The position numbers and the translations under genes were made by a program. From the NCBI GenBank assembly GCA_036835305.1, contig DAITME010000010.1:7552-31551 (forward strand): a stretch of 24,000 nt of DNA. Direction: 5' to 3'. This document shows positions 9,311 through 17,224 of this stretch, piece by piece. A model generated the notes under the pieces. That model was given only the letters and a program-made list of their open reading frames with translations. It made no database searches and was not told the DNA's origin. The DNA comes from Lewinella sp. (GTDB lineage: Bacteria; Bacteroidota; Bacteroidia; Chitinophagales; Saprospiraceae). Position 1 is the stretch's first letter. Each line of letters begins with the position of its first letter.

Positions 9311-10324
9311 ATGAACGAGCTCATCCTGCACCGCCTGATCGTCCACGAACTCGATAAGAACCCCGAAGAGCGAGATGCCCATCTCCGCCTGAGTGAAGTT
9401 CCGCTGGAGGTCAACGAAAACGCTACCGAACTGGTAGCTCATCTCGATCAGATGTTCGAGCGCAAGCCCGATTTGCTGCAAGGGTATCTGGCGAGTCCGG
9501 ATGAGTCGCTTTTTCCCGGTCACTACCAAATTTGGCTAGAAGAAGGCCAAAATCGGGAGGCTTTTATTAAGTTTTCGAAAGAGACCATGCGCGCCTTACA
9601 ACTGGGCCTCACTGGGGTGATCGGAGCCAAGGGCGGCTATCTCCTCTATGCCGACTATACCATGGAAGAGCAACGGATGCTGGGTATTTTCTTCATCCGC
9701 GACAAGACGGGAATGATCTTCCGCCGCCAAGAAGATGCAGCGGCTTTTAGCTTGGGCATGACTACCTTTTTGGATATCGACCACCTGGCAATGGCCTGCC
9801 GCATCCTCAACGGGCAGGGCCGCAACGTACAGGTCATCCGCCACGCGAAAACCCAAAGCAAAATCAGCCAGTATTTCACCGATTGGGTGGGGCTACACAA
9901 TGGCGAAACCAGCACCGAGCTTACCCACACTTTCCTAGATGCAGTAGATAGCCTACCGCTCCCCAAAGACCCCGAAACAGGCTTTGCGATGGAAGATGCC
10001 GATTTCAAACGCTCGCTCATCCAGTTTGCAGCCAAAAGCCCACAGCAGACCATTCAGGTAGATGCCTTCGACAAGCACTTTTATGGCAACGAAACCCCGC
10101 TGACGGCCTACCTCCAGGAAGAAAACCTCCCGCTAGAAGACGGCTTCCGCATCGATCGCCGAGCCATTCGCAAACAGTTCTATATCAAGGCCAGCCATCA
10201 GGGAATGAGCGTAGCCTTCAACAAAGAGCACTTAGCCGCCGGCCTCATCGACATCAATGAAGTGGATGGCAAGATCACTATCAATAGTACGGAACTAGCT
10301 CAGTTTTTGCTGGATCAGATTTAG
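9311..10324 (+). CDS. NdpA/YejK-family nucleoid-associated protein homolog, 337 aa.
   Basis: By eye it is collinear with E. coli YejK (335 aa). Matching segments are LILHRLIVHEL vs INQIALHQLI, ELVAHLDQMFERK vs EMVAELHRVYSAK, GGYLLYADY vs GGIVLFCHY, FLDIDHLAMACRI vs YLDINHADIVARI, and ISQYFTDWVG vs VADFFMDFLG. It starts 4 nt after the lipoprotein stop. Confidence 0.65.
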   Translation: MNELILHRLIVHELDKNPEERDAHLRLSEVPLEVNENATELVAHLDQMFERKPDLLQGYLASPDESLFPGHYQIWLEEGQNREAFIKFSKETMRALQLGLTGVIGAKGGYLLYADYTMEEQRMLGIFFIRDKTGMIFRRQEDAAAFSLGMTTFLDIDHLAMACRILNGQGRNVQVIRHAKTQSKISQYFTDWVGLHNGETSTELTHTFLDAVDSLPLPKDPETGFAMEDADFKRSLIQFAAKSPQQTIQVDAFDKHFYGNETPLTAYLQEENLPLEDGFRIDRRAIRKQFYIKASHQGMSVAFNKEHLAAGLIDINEVDGKITINSTELAQFLLDQI

Positions 10325-11832
10325 TCTATTCTCTCAAAACACCCAGCATCTGGCTGCTCATCGCGCATCTGGCCCGCTAGGTCAATCGCTTGGCCGGGCA
10401 GTGGGAGGCCGAGATTCTGTGCTACGGAGAGCGTATCCAGGCTGTAATCGTTTTCTTGGATGCTACTGAAGAGGGGATCACGAGACTGTAAGTTATAGCA
10501 ATCGCTACAGAGATTCTGGAAAAAATCGCTCCACAGACCATCGCGAGCCGTGAGGAATTCGTCCACCCGCACCACGCTGTTGCGAATATCTACCTGAAAT
10601 AAATTAGGCTGATCGCGCAAGCTGGCATCGGCAAAGCCGATCTCATCCCGCCCGGAGCCTACCAGAATGCTATTGCGCACCCGAAGGCGCATGGGTACTA
10701 CGGCCACTATACCGCATTCGTCATCGAAGCATTCAAAATTTTGTAGCGCCAGCGCCGAGGCGTCTGTACCGTAATTCGCCAGGGTGCAATGGTCTAGATT
10801 GAGCGTGCCGCCTTGTATAAACTGTACCGTGTTGCCACTGTTGTTGTAGAACAGGCAGTTGCGAGCGCTTACGTTGGCATTCCGGGCGCTTAGTGCGCTG
10901 GCGGCTGTGAAAGCCACCGTTGTATTCTCCATGGTGAGGTCTGCCAGGCTATCTACCGTTACGCCTTGTATGGCATGTAAAATCTGGGTGTGTTCCAGCC
11001 GATGTCCTCGGCTCAAAGGCCCGAAAATCAGGCCGAGGTACTGCCCGCGTTGGTCTTGGAAATTGGCTTCTAGTCGATCGGTCTGGATAATGACGGGCTC
11101 CTCCTGAGTACCTAAGCATCTAAGCGTTCCGTTGGGTAGCGTAAAAATGAAGCCATCGTTGAAAATACCGAATAGTTCGTTGCGCGCTACCCCGCCATGC
11201 ATATAGATGCGGGTACCCGCTAGCACTTCCAACACACAGCTATCTAAGAACATTTCACCGTAGATTACGTAAGGCAGGCCCGGCGTCCATTGGGCGGTTT
11301 GGTTGTTGCAGCTTAGCACAAACGGCACCCCTTTACCGAAGCCATTAAGGTAGTTGGCATTTTGCCCGAAGGCCTGGAGAAGCAACTCACTGCGGCGGTC
11401 GCCGGTAGTGATTACGAGTCGGTCTTCTACGATAAAAGGGCTGGTCTCTTCGGGGGAGGTAGGATCCACTTCTACTTCTACAAAAACGTAAATACTATCC
11501 GAGCCCCAAATGGTGACATCTTCCACCACCGGCCCTTGGAAACCATCTACATTAATCTGGAATTTTACGCCTGTTTGCCCCAAGACTTCGATACGATCGA
11601 TTTTGGCGGGGCTACTGCTCAGATTATAAATTTTGAGCTGCCGCGTGGCACTCCCCCGCTGTGTAAAGACCGTGTCAAAACTAAGCGTATCCATTTCTAG
11701 GCGCACGTTCACGGCCGCTCCTGTGAGGAAATCTCGCTCTACATCACAGCTGCTGGCCAACAAGAATAGCAGTAAGCAAAAACTGGCAATATGCTTTGTA
11801 TAGCCTAGAAGAGGCCCTGAATACTTGGTCAT
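10321..11832 (-). CDS. Hypothetical lipoprotein, 503 aa, probably with a right-handed beta-helix region.
   Basis: The signal peptide has a lipobox (LLLFLLASSCD). An N-terminal Ig-like segment (LSFDTVFTQRGSATRQLKIYNLSSSPAKI) is followed by repetitive N/G/T-rich beta-strand periodicity (NTTVAFTAASALSARNANVSARNCLFYNNSGNTVQF...). Its stop overlaps the NdpA-like stop by 3-4 nt in convergent orientation. Confidence 0.7.
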   Translation of the reverse strand: MTKYSGPLLGYTKHIASFCLLLFLLASSCDVERDFLTGAAVNVRLEMDTLSFDTVFTQRGSATRQLKIYNLSSSPAKIDRIEVLGQTGVKFQINVDGFQGPVVEDVTIWGSDSIYVFVEVEVDPTSPEETSPFIVEDRLVITTGDRRSELLLQAFGQNANYLNGFGKGVPFVLSCNNQTAQWTPGLPYVIYGEMFLDSCVLEVLAGTRIYMHGGVARNELFGIFNDGFIFTLPNGTLRCLGTQEEPVIIQTDRLEANFQDQRGQYLGLIFGPLSRGHRLEHTQILHAIQGVTVDSLADLTMENTTVAFTAASALSARNANVSARNCLFYNNSGNTVQFIQGGTLNLDHCTLANYGTDASALALQNFECFDDECGIVAVVPMRLRVRNSILVGSGRDEIGFADASLRDQPNLFQVDIRNSVVRVDEFLTARDGLWSDFFQNLCSDCYNLQSRDPLFSSIQENDYSLDTLSVAQNLGLPLPGQAIDLAGQMRDEQPDAGCFERID

Positions 11833-11851
11833 ATGTTTTCATTTGGGAGGT

Positions 11852-11859
11852 CAAAGATA
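11852..11859 (-). promoter_or_regulatory. Bacteroidota-type -7 promoter box (TATCTTTG on the minus strand) for the 503-aa lipoprotein gene.
   Basis: The plus strand reads CAAAGATA, 19 nt upstream of the ATG at 11832. Confidence 0.4.
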
Positions 11860-12264
11860 CGGATTAGTTGTCAGTCGTCTAGTATTACGCATTGGGCTAG
11901 CGCTCTGGCACGCTGAGCCCATTTTGTGGCTTATTCAATTATGAACGCCGTGCTGAGCGGTGCCGACGCTTTTTGCTTTAAGCACGTGTCCTACCTTAAG
12001 TACTTTTCTTTTCTTACCTTCCACAACCTTGCTCCTACATGGCAGCACGGCTCCTGCCCCCGGCGCGTGGTAGGTGAGCAAGCAATCTATATGCACACAA
12101 GTCTAAGAGCGTGTCTTAAGCAAACACTTTATGATTTCTTTAACAGTAGCCGTTGTAACTAAACAGCCGTTCCAACGTCTAATAATAGGTTAATTCAATA
12201 ACACCTATACCCCTGTTAACGTATCATTAACCGCTTTTTTGTAACACGGCTTCTAAAAAAGCGT

Positions 12265-12272
12265 TATCTTTG
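12265..12272 (+). promoter_or_regulatory. Bacteroidota-type -7 promoter box (TATCTTTG), with a candidate -33 TTG at 12239..12241, for the DUF1573 gene.
   Basis: TATCTTTG lies 33 nt upstream of the ATG at 12306. The TTG lies 23 nt upstream of the box. The 9-bp inverted repeat at 12232..12263 covers the TTG and ends 1 nt before the box. Confidence 0.45.
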
Positions 12273-12305
12273 TATCAGTATAAAATTCAAAATACAAATT
12301 CAGTT

Positions 12306-12749
12306 ATGAAGCGTATTCTTATTCTCACACTAGCCATTTTTGCTATGTCGCTCCAATTGAGCGCACAAGATGCAGGCCCCGCTATTTCCGTTGAGTCCCT
12401 CGAGGTGGACTATGGCACCATTGCACAAGACTCTGATCCCATCCGAGTTTTCAAAATTACCAACACTGGCGACGCGCCTTTGCTCATCACCAATGCACGC
12501 GGTAGCTGTGGTTGTACCGCTCCTCAGCGCGAGGACTGGAGCCGCCCTATTGCTGCTGGCGAGACACGCGAACTCCGCGTTCGCTACGACACGCACCGCG
12601 TAGGCCCCTTCCGCAAGCGCGTTACCCTTACGCACAATGCTGGTGACGATACCATCCTCACCATTTCAGGTACCGTTGAGCAGAAAGCAGCAGCACCAGA
12701 AGCGCTTCCCGCTGGACAGCAAGGTATTTTCAATGGTGGTGGTAAGTAA
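12306..12749 (+). CDS. DUF1573 domain-containing secreted protein, 147 aa.
   Basis: The start is chosen at MKRILILTLAIFAMSLQLSAQ (signal peptide), 12 codons inside ORF 12270..12749. The DUF1573 hallmark is FKITNTGDAPLLITNARGSCGCTAP...GETRELRVRYDT...GPFRKRVTLTHN. Confidence 0.8.
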   Translation: MKRILILTLAIFAMSLQLSAQDAGPAISVESLEVDYGTIAQDSDPIRVFKITNTGDAPLLITNARGSCGCTAPQREDWSRPIAAGETRELRVRYDTHRVGPFRKRVTLTHNAGDDTILTISGTVEQKAAAPEALPAGQQGIFNGGGK

Positions 12750-12766
12750 TTACTCGCTTTAGTTGC

Positions 12767-12803
12767 AAAAAAGCCCCTGATGCAGTGCACCAGGGGCTTT
12801 TTT
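12767..12803. terminator. Bidirectional intrinsic terminator between the convergent DUF1573 and proline dehydrogenase genes.
   Basis: A perfect 13-bp stem pairs AAAAAAGCCCCTG (12767..12779) with CAGGGGCTTTTTT (12791..12803) around an 11-nt loop. The A-run and T-run give a U-tract in either orientation. The T-run abuts the proline dehydrogenase stop codon. Confidence 0.8.
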
Positions 12804-14050
12804 TATACCTTTCTCCGATCTATTTCTTGGCGAATAAGCGATAGTTCTCGGCTCATGTCGCCGGTTACGGAGGTATTCTCTTGGGCGCGACGAATCAGGT
12901 AGGGTGTTACCTCTTTCACTGGGCCATACACCAAGTATTTCGCCACGTTGTAGCCACTGGCCGCCAGGTTGAAGGTGAGGTTGTCACTCATGCCATACAG
13001 CTGGCAAAAATTGAGGTGCTCGTGCTTTTTATCGAGCTGCTTTGCGGCAATGAGGTTCACCTGCAGCTCCACACTACTACGATTGTGGCTGGCATTGCAG
13101 CTAGCCATGGTTTCGTAGTGCGCTATGCAAAACTGTACGGCCTCATTGAAAGCCGCATGAGTAGCCCTTAGGTCGGGCTGAATCGGCGAAGGGTAGCCCA
13201 TTTCTTTGGCGCGCTGCCGTTCTTTATCCATGTAGGCACCTCTTACCAATTTAGCTCCCAATAAGTAGCCTTGTTGTTGGGCTTGTTCATAGCTAGCCAT
13301 CAAGTAGGCCAGCCGGTCGTGGCGATACATCTGAAAGGTATTGTAAACAATAGCCCGCGCGTTGTTGTAGCGCCGCATCATCACCGTGACCATCTGATCC
13401 AGTGTATCCTGTATCCAGCTTTCTTCCGCATCGAAAAATATCTTAACGCCCTTCTTATTCGCCAGAGAGCAAATAGCATCTAGGCGTTTCAAAACACTGT
13501 CGTATTCTTGACGCGTCTGCGGGGTAAAAACGAAATTCTGAGCCTGTAGTTCTTCTAACAAACCGAAGCGCGCCATACCAGATATTTTGGTACTAACCAC
13601 CGGCACCGCTTCGTTACGAGCGGCAAACTCAATTCCCCTGAGCACTTCCTTCATAGTCGCATTGAAATCTTGCTCCGTTTCCTTCGCCTCGGCACCATAA
13701 TCCAAGACCGAAGCAACACCTCGGCTCCACAAACGCTCAATGGCTGGTTCCGTAGCCACTAAGCTCGTGCCGCCTACAAACTGCGGATAAATAGTCTTCT
13801 TCACCATCCAAGCCGCCCCTGGCAAACCCCAAGCTACTGCCTTGAGTCCTACGCCTGCTAGCATATTCGTAAGCCAGGGCTTATTCATCAGGCCAAACAA
13901 ATAGGCACTCCGCTTCAGCTCCGCATCGCTCAGGTGGGAAAAAGTAGTGGCTGTATCGTCAAAATCTAAGCGCGGGTAATCTGCCCGCAGTGCCTCTAGA
14001 CCTACCTGTATTTGGGAAAAATCCTTTACTGGCCCAACGCTTTTTTTCAT
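12803..14050 (-). CDS. Proline dehydrogenase, monofunctional PutA-like, 415 aa.
   Basis: Supporting motifs are VLDYGAEAKE, GAKLVRGAYMDKER and CQLYGMSDNLTF...YLVYGPVKEVTPYLIRRAQENTS. Its ATG overlaps the aroE TGA (ATGA at 14047..14050). Confidence 0.88.
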   Translation of the reverse strand: MKKSVGPVKDFSQIQVGLEALRADYPRLDFDDTATTFSHLSDAELKRSAYLFGLMNKPWLTNMLAGVGLKAVAWGLPGAAWMVKKTIYPQFVGGTSLVATEPAIERLWSRGVASVLDYGAEAKETEQDFNATMKEVLRGIEFAARNEAVPVVSTKISGMARFGLLEELQAQNFVFTPQTRQEYDSVLKRLDAICSLANKKGVKIFFDAEESWIQDTLDQMVTVMMRRYNNARAIVYNTFQMYRHDRLAYLMASYEQAQQQGYLLGAKLVRGAYMDKERQRAKEMGYPSPIQPDLRATHAAFNEAVQFCIAHYETMASCNASHNRSSVELQVNLIAAKQLDKKHEHLNFCQLYGMSDNLTFNLAASGYNVAKYLVYGPVKEVTPYLIRRAQENTSVTGDMSRELSLIRQEIDRRKV

Positions 14051-14922
14051 TCTTTGGTGACTTTATTTGACTGCCAGATAGCCCAAGCAGCTTCGGCTTG
14101 TGCATATAACATCCCAAGACCGCTGCGGGTTGCTGCTCCTTGTGCTGCTGCTTGACGTAAAAATTCGGTTTGCGCCGGATTGTAGATTAGATCGTAGCAA
14201 CGGTGCTGAACCGTGAAAGCTTCGTAAGGCAGCGCCGGACTGTCTTCCAGCTGCGGATACATCCCCAGCGGCGTGGTGTTGACCACTAAACGATGCGCTG
14301 CCAGCACGGCTGCCGTCACCTCCTCGTAGGACAATTGCCCAGCTTGAGGCCGCCGCGAAACCAGCTTCGCTTCTATACCCAAGCGCTGCAAAACATAATT
14401 TACTGCCAGCGCAGCCCCACCTGTCCCCAAAACCAATGCCTGAAGCCCCTGAAAATTGGAAACATCTAGGCTAGTTCCCGCAGGGCTTGTATTGTCACTT
14501 TGGCTGTCGCAGGAGCCGTGTTTTCCTTTTAGAGCCATGCGCTTTTGTAGCTCCCCCGGCCCCAAAGGCCAAACCTCCCCCAATAACTCTAGTAAATCGG
14601 TCTCAAATCCCAGCGCATCCGTATTGTATCCGATTGTTTGGCCTTGCTTTATATGGATGGTATTGACTGCCCCGATGGCCTTGGCTTCGGGTGAAAGTGC
14701 ATCCAGATAAGCCATCACCGACTGCTTGTGCGGGATGGTTACATTCAAGCCCACCAAATCGGGGTGGGTCTCCAGTATGGCTCGGAAATGAGCTATGTCC
14801 ACTAGTTCAAAATTGAGATAACGGTAGCTTTCACTCAGCCCTAGGCGCTCGAATTTATCCGTAAAATACGGCCGCGAAAAACTATGCGATAGTGGGTAAC
14901 CAATGAGGCCAAAAGTGGGCAT
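14047..14922 (-). CDS. aroE: Shikimate 5-dehydrogenase, 291 aa, with an internal low-complexity insertion.
   Basis: Supporting motifs are FGLIGYPLSHSFSRPYF, NVTIPHKQ, GAVNTI, GYNTD and VLGTGGAA (the NADP-binding loop). Confidence 0.88.
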   Translation of the reverse strand: MPTFGLIGYPLSHSFSRPYFTDKFERLGLSESYRYLNFELVDIAHFRAILETHPDLVGLNVTIPHKQSVMAYLDALSPEAKAIGAVNTIHIKQGQTIGYNTDALGFETDLLELLGEVWPLGPGELQKRMALKGKHGSCDSQSDNTSPAGTSLDVSNFQGLQALVLGTGGAALAVNYVLQRLGIEAKLVSRRPQAGQLSYEEVTAAVLAAHRLVVNTTPLGMYPQLEDSPALPYEAFTVQHRCYDLIYNPAQTEFLRQAAAQGAATRSGLGMLYAQAEAAWAIWQSNKVTKE

Positions 14923-14944
14923 GTGTCTGCTTGTTGTATCGAGG

Positions 14945-14952
14945 TAAAGGTA
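14945..14952 (-). promoter_or_regulatory. Near-consensus -7 box (TACCTTTA on the minus strand) upstream of the aroE/proline dehydrogenase operon.
   Basis: The plus strand reads TAAAGGTA, 22 nt upstream of the aroE ATG at 14922. It has one mismatch to TAnnTTTG. Confidence 0.3.
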
Positions 14953-15028
14953 GCAGAATAATCAAAAAAAGTACGATAATGAAGTTAAAAAACTCTCTTT
15001 ACGTCAAATAGGCTTCAATATTTCGCTT

Positions 15029-16402
15029 ATGATCACTTACATAAAAGTAACCGGCTTCAAATCTTTTCACGAGATGGAGATGGAGTTCAGTCCATTCACC
15101 CTCATCGCTGGCGTGAATGCTTCTGGTAAAAGTAATCTATTCGATGCACTACAATTACTTGGCCGACTTGCCGTAACTGACAATATAAGAAGCGCTTTTT
15201 CCGAGCAACGAGGAGAATTCCTCGAACTCTTCACACAATATGGTGTCAATGAATATGCCAAGGAAATGTCTTTTGCTTTAGAAATGCTCGTGCCTAGAAC
15301 CGTCAAAGACGCCTAGGGAAGCAAGGCCAATCTTAAATATACCCGCCTACGATATGAACTTCGTATCAAGAGAAGCAGCAGTTCTAATGGATTCGAAGAG
15401 CTTTTTGTAACCCACGAGTCGCTGGTTAACTTGAAGCACAACGAAGATCAATGGATAAAAAAAATTGACAAAAAACTACGTGAATACTGGCGGCCAAGCG
15501 TTGCCATTGGGCGGCGAGGTGTTCCCTATATGGAAACAACCGAGGAAAATGGTATTCCTACCGTTATTGTACCACAAGACGGGTCGGGAGGAGGCAAAAA
15601 AAGGTTTCCACTCACGAACGCCAGCAGAACCGTATTAAGTAGTTTCGACTCTGTTGACTTTCCTCATCTGTTAGCGGTAAAAGAAGAACTGAAAAACTGG
15701 AAATTCCTTCAACTCAACCCAGATGACTTGAGGAAACCTAGCAAAAAAGATGGCCACGACAACATTTCACAAAGTGGCCAATACCTCGCTGCGGCACTTC
15801 AAAGAATAAAACGGCAGAACCCTTACATTTTGAGAGAAATAAGCAGAAAACTCAATAGTTTTTTGCCTAATTTCATCGACGTCGATGTCGTTGATGAAAC
15901 AGAAAACCGGCAGTACCTTATCAGGCTTCAAGACGTTGATGGTAAATATTATTCCTCGAGAGTACTATCTGAGGGTACCCTAAGGATTTTGTCTCTGTGT
16001 ATCCTCAAACATGATCCTTTTCACAACGGCCTTTTGTGTTTTGAAGAACCTGAAAATGGAATCCACCCCTTTCGTATTGAGGCTATGGCCAAGCTTTTAG
16101 AAGATTTAAGCACACAATTTGAAGATAAGGACGAGCCATTGAGACAGGTCATTGTAAATACTCATTCCCCCCTTTTGCTGCAAGTTATCCATTCATGGGT
16201 TAACAAAGACAAGCTTGGTATTTAGCTGTCGGACATACGCAAAAGGGTATTAGATTATGAGGGAAAACGAGTAAAAATGGCGGCGACTAGCATAATTCCT
16301 ATCGATACTGGTCCAACACAATTACCCTTGTTTAGCGAGCAGGATAAAAAAATGAGCATCGCCACCGCCCAAAAAGTTCTGAGTACCGCTAATCTTAATT
16401 AA
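15029..16402 (+). pseudogene. SMC/RecF-like ABC ATPase (AAA_15/AAA_21-type) of 457 codons, interrupted by two in-frame TAG codons at 15314..15316 and 16223..16225.
   Basis: The Walker A motif is GVNASGKSN (15110..15136). A signature-like LSEGTLR starts at 15965, Walker B LLCFEEPENGIHP starts at 16031, and VIVNTHSP is the H-loop. ORFs 15029..15316 and 15431..16225 and the unlisted tail to the TAA at 16400..16402 are all in one frame. The stretches between them translate sensibly (GSKANLKYTRLRYELRIKR...; LSDIRKRVLDYEGKRV...). Confidence 0.75.
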
Positions 16403-16416
16403 ACCCAAACAAAGCT

Positions 16417-17082
16417 ATGCAGCAATTTTTTGTTGGATTGTACACAGAGGGTACTACCGACGTCAGATTTTTAGAGGCTATAGTTAGAAAAACATTGGAG
16501 GAGGTGGCGTTTAAATGCCGAAAGCCGATAGAAATAGAAGTCATTCCCCTTCAAAAGAGGCTAGACGAACGGGATTTCATCTCGAGTATTGAGGTAATAG
16601 CCAGATTAGCTTACGCAAGTGGTGCCAATTTCCTCTGCTTACACCTCGATGCTGATGCTTCCGACCATGAAGTCGTTTTCAATCGCAAGATAAACCCTTT
16701 GATTAATCACATGAAAACTATATCCGGTGCTGATATCTGTAATAACATTCTACCCCTTGTTCTAGTACAAATGACAGAAGCATGGATGCTAGCTGATCTC
16801 TCTTTACTGAAGGAAGAAATTGGTACGCAGTTAAGCGACAAGCAGCTAGGTTTATTGAGAGCAGCTGAAAGTATTGCAGATCCTAAACAAACGATCCAAG
16901 AAGCCATACGAACCGCACGTGCTAACCTAAGTAAAAGGCGACGGAGAAGTCTTAGTATCGGAGATCTATATGAGCCAATAGGTAATCGAATATCTATTGA
17001 CAAGCTTGAACAATTAGCCTCCTATCGGAAATTCAAAGGTTTCGTTGAAGATGGTTTTCGCGAAATGGGCTTACTTCCCTAG
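16417..17082 (+). CDS. DUF4276-like (Toprim-related) protein, 221 aa, partner of the upstream ABC ATPase.
   Basis: It starts 14 nt after the ATPase TAA. It has an N-terminal GLYTEGTTDVRFLE (conserved Glu), LHLDADAS (DxD) and QMTEAWMLADL. I recognise this as the E...DxD...EaWllaD pattern of PF14103. This comes from memory, not from a search. Confidence 0.6.
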   Translation: MQQFFVGLYTEGTTDVRFLEAIVRKTLEEVAFKCRKPIEIEVIPLQKRLDERDFISSIEVIARLAYASGANFLCLHLDADASDHEVVFNRKINPLINHMKTISGADICNNILPLVLVQMTEAWMLADLSLLKEEIGTQLSDKQLGLLRAAESIADPKQTIQEAIRTARANLSKRRRRSLSIGDLYEPIGNRISIDKLEQLASYRKFKGFVEDGFREMGLLP

Positions 17083-17161
17083 CTCGAAACAAATAGAAAT
17101 CTCCACCATTGACCTTCAAGACTCAGATCAATTTGTAACAACAACCTAAATTAAGACATCA

Positions 17162-17202
17162 AGTAATACAAAAGCTTGTCAATAAAGCTTTTATGTATTA
17201 CT
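17162..17202 (+). terminator. AT-rich hairpin downstream of the DUF4276-like gene. It may be a terminator and lies near the right edge of the island.
   Basis: AGTAATACA (17162..17170) pairs with TGTATTACT (17194..17202). AAAGCTT (17171..17177) pairs with AAGCTTT (17185..17191). There is a 2-nt bulge (17192..17193) and a 7-nt loop, and no clear U-tract follows. Confidence 0.35.
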
Positions 17203-17224
17203 CATCCTTACAAATTCTTAAGTT

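Noticed and set aside
10321-10324. Convergent overlap of the NdpA-like stop (TAG 10322..10324) and the lipoprotein stop (TAA on the minus strand, 10321..10323), with no terminator between them.
   Set aside because: It is real in the sequence, but such tail-to-tail overlaps are common in compact genomes. I see no further structure to interpret.
11926-12162. A 78-aa ORF in the 470-bp divergent intergenic region between the 503-aa lipoprotein gene and the DUF1573 gene.
   Set aside because: It has no recognisable motif, promoter box or ribosome-binding context, and it starts with a non-ATG codon. It is most likely non-coding spacer.
15314-16225. The in-frame TAG codons as pyrrolysine codons.
   Set aside because: Pyrrolysine use is restricted to methanogens and a few other anaerobes that carry the pyl genes and methylamine methyltransferases. 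Nothing here suggests that, and native genes in the window terminate at TAG.
14923-17224. Direct repeats, att-like sites, or an integrase/transposase flanking the AT-rich insert.
   Set aside because: The two borders share only a 7-mer (CAAATAG), which is expected by chance. No recombinase gene or tRNA target is present, so I do not call a mobile element.
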